In this document: positions 25,097-32,000 of the stretch, in pieces
How positions within the stretch are numbered: the stretch's first letter is position 1
How the letters are laid out: each line of letters starts with the position of its first letter
Assembly: GCA_027460535.1 (NCBI GenBank)
Contig: JAPZAR010000012.1
Location: 1 to 32,000, forward strand
Direction of reading: 5' to 3'
Source of the DNA: Candidatus Methanoperedens sp.
Lineage (GTDB): Archaea > Halobacteriota > Methanosarcinia > Methanosarcinales > Methanoperedenaceae
Length of the DNA: 32,000 bases
The notes under the pieces: model-generated
What the model was told of the DNA's origin: nothing
The model's database searches: none
The model's input: the letters and a program-made list of their open reading frames with translations, nothing else
Position numbers and translations under genes: made by a program

Positions 25097-25276
25097 GGAT
25101 GTAAGGATTCAGTCATCGAGGACCAGATCGAAAGAGACCTGAAAAAATCCCGCCTGCAGGGCATGATTGAAGAGGTACAACACCAGATCGAGCGAGCGAA
25201 AGATGATGTCCAGCGCGCCCGGTTTCAGAACAGGGCTGAAAAGCTGAGAGGGGAGTTGAATCTCCTCTCGGATTGA

Positions 25277-25293
25277 TTTTTTTCAATTGAAAA
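25277..25293. terminator. T-rich perfect palindrome between convergent units
   Basis: TTTTTTTCAATTGAAAA, in which TTTTCAATTGAAAA is a perfect palindrome. It sits between the TFB-side unit and the minus-strand superoperon end, and archaeal termination uses T-tracts. Confidence 0.4.
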
Positions 25294-25340
25294 TATATTG
25301 TTATTCAACAGCAAAACTTTTTTAAAATACAGCGGCAGTA

Positions 25341-26285
25341 CTAAATCCCATACATCCTTACCGACATCGCATCTCTCAGCACCTGCTGTGGGTTCAAACC
25401 CTGCGCATCCATGCTTTTCATTATCAAAGGATAATTATACCCTTCCATAATCATCTTTATCAACTTCCCCTCTCCCCCCGCGATGACATACTGTATATCC
25501 TTATGTTTCTCGATCATCAGACCGAGCGATGCCCTTACCTTGTCGGAATGGTGCTTCACATCCTCTTCAATAAGACTCTGGAAACGCTTCTGGCTCCAGC
25601 CGCCCTTTGAGTGTTTCCCCATCACGCTGCTCCTTACGACGTCATGCTCCACGAAAGCATCATTTTCGATTATGCCTGCGAATGTCTCGCCCGCATGAGC
25701 ATTTATGACTAGGGTTTTATCGCTGTCCATGCTTTTTTTCAATGATTCGAGGTTGAATCTCCGCTCAAGCGCGTATTCAGAATGAGATATCGGGAATACC
25801 GGGATCATTGCCAATCTTATAATCCCGCCGATATCGTAAAAGATTGCTTTTCCCACAGATGACTGAATTTTTTCAATAAGAAAAATCGCATTAATGCCGA
25901 TCTGATTAATCCTGTCTTTTGCCACGTTTCCAAGAGATTCGCCCGGTTCAAGATAGATACTTACCAGTGTGGAAGTTTTTGACTGCACAGATTCGACCAA
26001 AAAAAGAACATCCTCAAACCTGCTTCGAGGCAGATTTTCTGAAAAACGGAACTTCAAATCACCTGCTGTCTCCATATTCAATTTCTGTATCTCACTCTCA
26101 AGCGACAAGATTTTCTGTCTTGATTCATTCAATTCCCTGTCTACTTCCTGCTTGGTCGATATTGTTCTCCTTGTTTTTTCTTCCCTCTTTCCAAGCTGGA
26201 GCGAGAGTTTGCTGTTCTCCTCTTCAAGCTGTGCTACTCTGGCTTTCAGGTTATTAATCTCTTCTTTCCTGAACAGATCGAACAA
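25341..26285 (-). CDS. Vms1/ANKZF1-type (VLRF1, eRF1-fold) putative peptidyl-tRNA hydrolase with N-terminal coiled coil
   Basis: A 70-aa coiled coil is followed by a globular domain with GKHSKGGWSQKRFQSLIEED, resembling the conserved Gln-containing loop of VLRF1 domains. The assignment is from memory of the family motif. Confidence 0.45.
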   Translation of the reverse strand: MFDLFRKEEINNLKARVAQLEEENSKLSLQLGKREEKTRRTISTKQEVDRELNESRQKILSLESEIQKLNMETAGDLKFRFSENLPRSRFEDVLFLVESVQSKTSTLVSIYLEPGESLGNVAKDRINQIGINAIFLIEKIQSSVGKAIFYDIGGIIRLAMIPVFPISHSEYALERRFNLESLKKSMDSDKTLVINAHAGETFAGIIENDAFVEHDVVRSSVMGKHSKGGWSQKRFQSLIEEDVKHHSDKVRASLGLMIEKHKDIQYVIAGGEGKLIKMIMEGYNYPLIMKSMDAQGLNPQQVLRDAMSVRMYGI

Positions 26286-26706
26286 TCCCCTCGCCTCTGA
26301 TTCCTATTATTTTCAATCTAATGACAGGTTCATCCTTATCGACAAATTCAATTTTGTCATTGACACGGATAATCCTTTCCGAGCATCCTCCCAATTTAAA
26401 ACCTGTCGCCCTGCTCAGCGCAGCGGCTAAAGGAAGGTTTCCCTGAATAGCCGGCTCCTGTCCCGGATTGACCTCTCTATCCAGGGAAACATTCGCGCGG
26501 ATGGAAAGAAGAGGCTCTCTATTATTGAAAAAAATAAAACTTCCCGGGTTCCCTTTATATTCACCGACCATCAAAAAAGGTTCAGCTCCAAGTTCTTGCA
26601 GGCTGGTTTTACCGCGGGGAACATAATCACAGCCCGTGAACCTGCTCAGATGCTTGCAGAATGTCCGGATCTTTGAAGAAGGTTTTCGGGCCGTGGTAAT
26701 GATCAT
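26254..26706 (-). CDS. Brix-domain ribosome biogenesis protein (Imp4 superfamily)
   Basis: [23 protein letters not shown]...PRGK matches the archaeal Brix N-terminus. It occupies the canonical superoperon position after rpoP. ATGA overlap with rpoP. Confidence 0.75.
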   Translation of the reverse strand: MIITTARKPSSKIRTFCKHLSRFTGCDYVPRGKTSLQELGAEPFLMVGEYKGNPGSFIFFNNREPLLSIRANVSLDREVNPGQEPAIQGNLPLAAALSRATGFKLGGCSERIIRVNDKIEFVDKDEPVIRLKIIGIRGEGIVRSVQERRD

Positions 26707-26840
26707 TCAGCCTTAACGCGCTTTACGAGCACGGGCCTTTCCTTTACAAGGATGCGGTGACCGCAGTAAGGACAGCGGATGCCGCTATACTGATAATCGA
26801 TCTCAACTGCCCTTTTACAGCGTGTGCATTTGTATACCAT
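26703..26840 (-). CDS. rpoP: DNA-directed RNA polymerase subunit P (Rpo12)
   Basis: A 45-aa ORF not in the track: [45 protein letters not shown]. It has a CxxC...CxxC zinc ribbon and the canonical position between L37Ae and Brix. Confidence 0.8.
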   Translation of the reverse strand: MVYKCTRCKRAVEIDYQYSGIRCPYCGHRILVKERPVLVKRVKAE

Positions 26841-26842
26841 GC

Positions 26843-27151
26843 TTACTTTTCCTGCGCTGGAGATCCACTTGCCGCAGGGATCTTCTCTCCCGCCACGGCC
26901 CTAAGTACTGTGAGATGCGCAGAGGTCTGCGGTACATACGCGCCGCCGGTGAATGTTACCTTGCATTTTCTGCACTGCCAGATACCGGTTGCCGTTCTTT
27001 TTAATTTTACCGCGCCGCATTTTGAACATGCATAGTCGGCATGCATCTTCTCTTCAATATCGGCCACAAGTTTTCTGTTCTTGACACCATATCTGGTGCC
27101 GAATCTCCCGGCAGACCTTGTTTTTCTTCCTTTCGCTTTGATTTCAACCAT
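26843..27151 (-). CDS. rpl37ae: 50S ribosomal protein L37Ae (eL43)
   Basis: [13 protein letters not shown]...[33 protein letters not shown]. Confidence 0.9.
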   Translation of the reverse strand: MVEIKAKGRKTRSAGRFGTRYGVKNRKLVADIEEKMHADYACSKCGAVKLKRTATGIWQCRKCKVTFTGGAYVPQTSAHLTVLRAVAGEKIPAASGSPAQEK

Positions 27152-27153
27152 GA

Positions 27154-27942
27154 TTATATCACCAGGAATTTCTCTCTGATTTCTTTTGCCTTCTCAATTG
27201 CAATATCCACTATATAATTTATCTGTTCGGTGGTAAGGGGATGGACGCCGCTCTTCTGCATGGCAGATATGGCCCCGTCCTGGTTGGATGTAACGGTCAG
27301 CTTGGTGCCTGCTATGCTCTCCTCATCCAGGGATGGGTCAAGCATTATCGCCCCTCCGATCTCAACAGCGGTCACGGAAACAGGTACTTCCCTCATGGGG
27401 ACATCCGTATCTTCACCGAGATCAAAACGCTTGTTGGGCAGCTTTGCAGTTAAGAGTGCCGCCACAGAGCCGAGGGATGCGGCATCCATGATATTTCCAC
27501 CGTCATCCAGTACATGGACATCGATGAATACCATCCACACTTTTTCTCCCGGTGTAATGCACAGCTTGGAAAGATCAATAGACTGGGACTCCCTTATTCC
27601 CCTGTCCACCACCCTTGCAAGTTCGATAGCATCCTCTCTCGGGGGCCCCGCTTCAAATACGGGTGATGCAAGCGGGATTAGCTCAAGATTGGTAATGATG
27701 ACTCCCTGATCTGGCGTGTCGGGAAATGGCGTACCAGTCTGTATCTTTACACCCACAACCAGTTGAGTGTCCCCTATCTTCACGCGCGCAGAACCCTCGG
27801 CCTTGTCGATGACCCTTGTATCTATGGTTATTTCCCTGTACTGATCAAATGCCCGTCCGTCCTCCCGCTCGCCTTTGATCATGAGATTGTAGATATAATC
27901 CTTGCGGAGTTCTGCCATTATCTCATTACTCATTGACATCAC
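27154..27942 (-). CDS. rrp42: Exosome complex protein Rrp42
   Basis: RNase PH-like inactive subunit: [41 protein letters not shown]. Follows rrp41. Confidence 0.9.
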   Translation of the reverse strand: MMSMSNEIMAELRKDYIYNLMIKGEREDGRAFDQYREITIDTRVIDKAEGSARVKIGDTQLVVGVKIQTGTPFPDTPDQGVIITNLELIPLASPVFEAGPPREDAIELARVVDRGIRESQSIDLSKLCITPGEKVWMVFIDVHVLDDGGNIMDAASLGSVAALLTAKLPNKRFDLGEDTDVPMREVPVSVTAVEIGGAIMLDPSLDEESIAGTKLTVTSNQDGAISAMQKSGVHPLTTEQINYIVDIAIEKAKEIREKFLVI

Positions 27943-28657
27943 CTTCTATCTGCGAGGAGTATTTTTCCATAAGGGCATTTTTCTGCATTTCGTGGATCTC
28001 AAGGCACCCTTTTTTTGCCATTTCAAGGGCTTCTCTGAATTCATCCCTGGTAAGATGACCGTCCATTTGCAGCAAGGTGATATTCCCATCAGGTGTCATC
28101 GCAACAGGCATGTCACACTGCCCGTAGTTATCTTCATCCTTGAACAGGTCAAGGACCAGGGTATCATCCACTTTTCCCACAGCACACGCCGAGACAAGGC
28201 TTTTCATAGGAATACCTGCATCAGCCAGGGCTATGGAGGCAGCATTGATGCCCGCAGTCCTCGTGCCCGCATCTGCCTGGAGCACCTCTACAAAAATGTC
28301 AATGGCAGAGCGCGGGAAATATTCCTCGAAGATCACGGGTTCAAGAGCCTCCCGGCTTACCTTGGAGACTTCGATACTTCTCCTGTCAGGTCCGGGACGC
28401 TTTCGCTCCTCGACCGAGAACGATGCCATATTATACCTGTACCTAACAACTGCGCTTGTTGATTTCTGCATGTGTCGCGGATGTACTTCCCTTGGGCCGT
28501 AAACTGCGGCGATCACTTTATTCTTGCCGAATTCAAAATAGCATGAGCCATCTGCTCTGTTCAAAATACCCACCTTGATTTTTATGGGCCTTAACTCATC
28601 TGGTTTTCTGCCGTCAAGGCGAATACCGTTTTCAATCAACTTTTCCGGTTTACTCAT
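27926..28657 (-). CDS. rrp41: Exosome complex exonuclease Rrp41
   Basis: [45 protein letters not shown], plus [21 protein letters not shown]. Confidence 0.9.
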   Translation of the reverse strand: MSKPEKLIENGIRLDGRKPDELRPIKIKVGILNRADGSCYFEFGKNKVIAAVYGPREVHPRHMQKSTSAVVRYRYNMASFSVEERKRPGPDRRSIEVSKVSREALEPVIFEEYFPRSAIDIFVEVLQADAGTRTAGINAASIALADAGIPMKSLVSACAVGKVDDTLVLDLFKDEDNYGQCDMPVAMTPDGNITLLQMDGHLTRDEFREALEMAKKGCLEIHEMQKNALMEKYSSQIEGDVNE

Positions 28658-28700
28658 AAATTTCCTCTTCTCTTTCTTCCTCTTTCGTTATAAAAAAAAT

Positions 28701-29519
28701 CTATTTCTCATCACTGAGGAGCTCATCCAGAATACCTCCGGACTTTTCCTCTTCAGTTTTTTCTTCCTTTTCCGCCTGAGATTCTTTCTCTCCCTCAGTT
28801 TCTATATTCAATGTGGCTTCTTCCTTCTTCCCAGGTTCTATTTCCTTAACTGTTTGTCCTTTTTCCTCTTTTAAAAACCTGGTAATCCTGTCCGTAAGAC
28901 CAGAAATATGCGTCTCCCTTTCGATCTTGAATATGGCTTTCACTGCCAGGTCCATATCCTTGTCTTTGCCTGTTATCCATATCCTGCCATTCTGCCCGAT
29001 AAAGATATTGCAGTTAGTTTCATTTTTGAGCATCGCTATCATGGAGCCGCTGCGGCCTATAAATCTGGGCACTTTGGAAGGCGTCACTTCTATTATTCGA
29101 CCTTCTTTTATCTGCCTCAATCTCTGGTCGTTCAGGGTCAACTCAACTTTCATACTGGCGTCGACATCCTTCACGAAGGTCATTATAGAATCACCCACCT
29201 TGAGATATTTGGACATGTCCGTGCTCTCGATCCGTCTTGGAAATTCTGATATGTGCAGAAGCCCCTCATATGGCGACCGGATATTGACTATCCAGTTTGA
29301 AAAAGCTACTTCATTCACAGTGCCGATTATCATGTCCCCCGGCTTTGGTATATATTTGCCGGAAAGCGGGACGACCCGTATGTGATTCTTAAAAGATGCT
29401 ATACCGAAGACCGATGAGTATACCTTGTCATTTTCAACATAGGTACCTTCGTCCGCTATCTTTACATCATCTGATAGATAATCACCCGGAATTACTAATT
29501 TTTTATCCATTTCAATCAC
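28701..29519 (-). CDS. rrp4: Exosome complex RNA-binding protein Rrp4 (S1 + KH), with acidic/Lys-rich C-terminal tail
   Basis: PGDMIIGTVNEVAFSNWIVNIRSPYEGLLHISE (S1 domain), then KH region RFIGRSGSMIAMLKNETNCNIFIGQNGRIWI. Confidence 0.9.
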   Translation of the reverse strand: MIEMDKKLVIPGDYLSDDVKIADEGTYVENDKVYSSVFGIASFKNHIRVVPLSGKYIPKPGDMIIGTVNEVAFSNWIVNIRSPYEGLLHISEFPRRIESTDMSKYLKVGDSIMTFVKDVDASMKVELTLNDQRLRQIKEGRIIEVTPSKVPRFIGRSGSMIAMLKNETNCNIFIGQNGRIWITGKDKDMDLAVKAIFKIERETHISGLTDRITRFLKEEKGQTVKEIEPGKKEEATLNIETEGEKESQAEKEEKTEEEKSGGILDELLSDEK

Positions 29520-30211
29520 TTTATCAATTTTGTTTCCGCAGAGCCTTTGGTAAGATGGTTTAAAAGCTTGTACAGGTCATCCTGCATCCCGGCGGGTATG
29601 GTAATGACTCCTATCCATGAACCATCGTTCTGCCATTCCTGCTTTATCAGGTTTCCGAACTTCGCGATGTTCCCGTAAGCCTTTACAGCATATTCCGGGC
29701 TTATCTTCATCGCCACTTTCACTTCTTCAAAACGTATCGGGATTATCGGCCGTATCGCTTTCATTGTGACATTCACAAGTTCATCCACGCTCTTCATGGG
29801 ATCGATATGAACGCCAGCCTCTTCCATAGCGGCTTCTATCCGCGCAGGGGGATGCGGGGATTTTGTCTGGGGATTTATTGCATTCTGGGCAATGACAGTT
29901 ATTACCTGCCTCTTTTTATCCTCTTGTATCTTCTTTCTCTGCTCTGTTGTTAGTTGAAGCTCGCCATCAAGAATGATTTTTTCTGCGATCTTAAGAACGT
30001 CCTTTGTCCCGAAAGCATTCAGGATATCCTGCTCAGCAGGTCTATCCCCTGTTTTTGCGTCTGAGAATACATCCTCCACTGCAAGTATGTCCTCAATTTT
30101 TACCTGGTCCCCCTTTTTTAAGGCAAGCGATCCGTCCGGGTCAACAAAAACTTCAAATGTCTTGCCGTGCGTCTTGAGCCGCGCTATTATGGACTCATCA
30201 AGGGCAACCAT
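29516..30211 (-). CDS. sdo1: Ribosome maturation protein SDO1 (SBDS family)
   Basis: ARLKTHGKTFEVFVDPDGSLALKKG...VFSDAKTGDRPAEQDILNAFGT. Confidence 0.9.
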   Translation of the reverse strand: MVALDESIIARLKTHGKTFEVFVDPDGSLALKKGDQVKIEDILAVEDVFSDAKTGDRPAEQDILNAFGTKDVLKIAEKIILDGELQLTTEQRKKIQEDKKRQVITVIAQNAINPQTKSPHPPARIEAAMEEAGVHIDPMKSVDELVNVTMKAIRPIIPIRFEEVKVAMKISPEYAVKAYGNIAKFGNLIKQEWQNDGSWIGVITIPAGMQDDLYKLLNHLTKGSAETKLIK

Positions 30212-30217
30212 ATTAAC

Positions 30218-30991
30218 TCACTCTTCTGTTTTCTTTTTCTTTTCTTTTCCTTTCTCCTCTGAAGCGTGCGTCTTTATAACCTGGTTAACATATTTTTCTA
30301 CTTCGGATGGTAGAAGTTTCCTGAACTTCCTGGTCGAGAGTTCGATCACACCGATCTCGATAGTCGCAGCGTTAAAAACTCCTTCCGTGGTGCTGTGGAG
30401 TGCATCAAGTCCGAGAATTATAGCATTCTCAAGGTTAATGTCATCTGTATATTTCTTTTCAAAGATCTCCATTGTCTCTGCTCTTCCCGAGCCTATGCCT
30501 GTGGCCTTGTATTCAAGCAAAGCGCCGCTTGGGTCTGTCTCAAAAAGGCGCGCCCTGTTGTCGTCAACGCCTGCGATAAGGAGCGCAGTCCCGAAGGGTC
30601 TGACGCCGCCATACTGGGTATATGATTGCTTGAAGTCGCAGATTTTTTTGGCCAGCACCTCAACGCCTATAGGCTCATCGTAAGTGACCTTATTGATCTG
30701 TGCCTCCACGCGCGCGCGGTCAATAAGCATCCTTGCATCTGCCACCAACCCCGAGGTGGCTGCTCCAATATGATCATCTATCTGGAATATCTTCTCAATT
30801 GAGGCGGCTTCAAGGAGTTTACTTGTAACCCTCTTATCCACCAATAGAGCTACTCCATCCACTGCTTTTACTCCTACAGCAGTTGTCCCCCGTTTAACTG
30901 CCTCACGTGCATATTCTACCTGAAACAACCTTCCATCAGGGCTGAATACTGTTATTGCCCTGTCGTATCCCATCTGTGGTGCCATTTGCAT
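30218..30991 (-). CDS. psmA: Proteasome subunit alpha
   Basis: [33 protein letters not shown]. Confidence 0.95.
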   Translation of the reverse strand: MQMAPQMGYDRAITVFSPDGRLFQVEYAREAVKRGTTAVGVKAVDGVALLVDKRVTSKLLEAASIEKIFQIDDHIGAATSGLVADARMLIDRARVEAQINKVTYDEPIGVEVLAKKICDFKQSYTQYGGVRPFGTALLIAGVDDNRARLFETDPSGALLEYKATGIGSGRAETMEIFEKKYTDDINLENAIILGLDALHSTTEGVFNAATIEIGVIELSTRKFRKLLPSEVEKYVNQVIKTHASEEKGKEKKKKTEE

Positions 30992-31102
30992 TATATCATC
31001 TCCAAGATTTCAAAAACGTAATTCCTGTTGGGTTCGAAATATTTTGTTTCACATCAAGAGGATTTTCCGGGAATATATCCATTTCGTTTCAATGCGAAAC
31101 AA

Positions 31103-31498
31103 TTATTTTCCGGCTACAGGAATTGAGTGTTCTTGTCTGTCTTTATCTGGTTCTAACTCTTTAATGAGACGCTGTTGTATAAACTTTTCCATGGCTCCTT
31201 TAATGGTGCCTGATATTCCCAGCACCAGGATTGAAATGCGAAATCCCCGGACTTTATTTATGCAGGCAAGAGCTGCCCTTGTTTTTTCGGTATTCTCCTT
31301 TGAGCAGCGAATGATTCCATATATTCCACCGAATGACATGAGCCCGAAATTGATCTCACTGCATCCCGCATCACCGAACAATGAGCGCATCGAGTTTGAA
31401 ATTTCTCCCACCAGTTCCTGCCTTGTTATTTCTTGTTCGGATGCGACCTCAAAGGCCAGATACCGTTTCTTGTCCCGAAGGACAGGCAGTGTCTTCAT
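31103..31498 (-). CDS. rnp2: RNase P protein component 2 (Pop5/Rpp14)
   Basis: MKTLPVLRDKKRYLAFEV...YGIIRCSKE matches the Pop5 pattern. Canonical position upstream of psmA. Confidence 0.8.
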   Translation of the reverse strand: MKTLPVLRDKKRYLAFEVASEQEITRQELVGEISNSMRSLFGDAGCSEINFGLMSFGGIYGIIRCSKENTEKTRAALACINKVRGFRISILVLGISGTIKGAMEKFIQQRLIKELEPDKDRQEHSIPVAGK

Positions 31499-32000
31499 AT
31501 CAGTTCAACACCAGCCTGTATATAATCCAGGCTTTTTCTTTTCAGGATTTCAAGAGGCGTTGCACTCATGGCATTGACCGCTTCATCTGGTGTCATCCCG
31601 AAAATACCTGCCAGAGCGCTCATTTCTCTTGGCGACCGGAGGTCATAATGAGAATATGCATCGCTTGCAAGGATCATTTTCATGTCATATTTTCGGGCAT
31701 GCTTCAGGTTGTTTCTCATTATTGTAAATTCCCTGGTGCGTGTCTCTCCCCGTGTTCTGATAATTGAACCGATATTGAAACCGAGAGCAATAGAGTTATC
31801 GGCGGCTGTTTTTGCAAGGACATTGTTGAATCTGGCAGGCTGAAGAAGTATATCGAGCTCATCAGTCTCCACAGCAGCCCGGTTGAACTCTTCGTCTCCG
31901 TTTCTGGCGATCAGTATCCTGCCTTCTTTACATTTTCTTATTTCATCCCTCAGTTTTGAAGGTTTGCATGAGATCTCCGCAGCAGAATAAATTGAAAAAT
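31495..32000 (-). CDS. rnp3: RNase P protein component 3 (Rpp30), N-terminus beyond the window edge
   Basis: On hand translation the frame stays open from 31872 to the window end, and the GTG at 31872 is internal. Rpp30-like PHP/TIM pattern, 4-nt overlap with Pop5, canonical superoperon position. Confidence 0.75.
   Translation of the reverse strand, partial: FSIYSAAEISCKPSKLRDEIRKCKEGRILIARNGDEEFNRAAVETDELDILLQPARFNNVLAKTAADNSIALGFNIGSIIRTRGETRTREFTIMRNNLKHARKYDMKMILASDAYSHYDLRSPREMSALAGIFGMTPDEAVNAMSATPLEILKRKSLDYIQAGVELI

Noticed and set aside
29973-30683. 236-aa plus-strand ORF spanning the SBDS/psmA junction
   Set aside because: It is antisense to two strongly supported housekeeping genes and is a Ser/Phe-rich shadow frame.
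31030-31040. GGGTTCGAAAT resembling a tRNA T-loop
   Set aside because: There is no flanking T-stem, acceptor or anticodon arms. It lies in the psmA promoter spacer.
1-32000. Search for CRISPR arrays, transposases/IS ends, integrases, and tRNA or rRNA genes
   Set aside because: None were seen by eye. The only longer repeats are the 75-bp duplication and the promoter modules reported above.

Overview
Archaeal chromosomal window, Methanosarcinales-like judging by TFB, exosome, RNase P protein subunits, Gar1, SRP19 and proteasome alpha. No rRNA, tRNA, CRISPR array or transposase was recognised. Roughly 1-22.8 kb is a dense phosphate/polyphosphate supercluster. It holds an AT-rich PPK2 gene and a tightly coupled minus-strand operon: PPK1, CHAD, a metallophosphoesterase fused to a PPX-type C-terminal HD module, a 635-aa orphan protein with a PhoU_div/DUF47-like C-terminus, and a PPDK homologue that stops just before the PEP/pyruvate TIM-barrel domain. 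It also holds an orphan 165-aa gene, Ppx/GppA, a membrane-anchored PHP phosphoesterase, two tiny ORFs plus a PsiE-like protein, a TIM-barrel sugar-phosphate-isomerase-like protein, pstSCAB-phoU and DUF47-PiT. From 22.8 to 32 kb the genes are housekeeping: SRP19, a PHP protein, Gar1, TFB, then the classical archaeal exosome superoperon on the minus strand (Rpp30, Pop5, PsmA, SBDS, Rrp4, Rrp41, Rrp42, L37Ae, RpoP, Brix) ending in a Vms1/VLRF1-like protein. The main leads are: (1) the PPK1-linked operon with a split dikinase and two new domain architectures; (2) a 46-bp promoter/operator module conserved upstream of three phosphate-related units, whose near-palindromic TATATAGATT core recurs in neighbouring spacers; (3) a ~75-bp DNA duplication linking the 3' end of ppx to the 5' part of the orphan gene; (4) two genes whose expected N-terminal or downstream coding sequence lies in frame directly behind a TAA stop with no canonical start codon.
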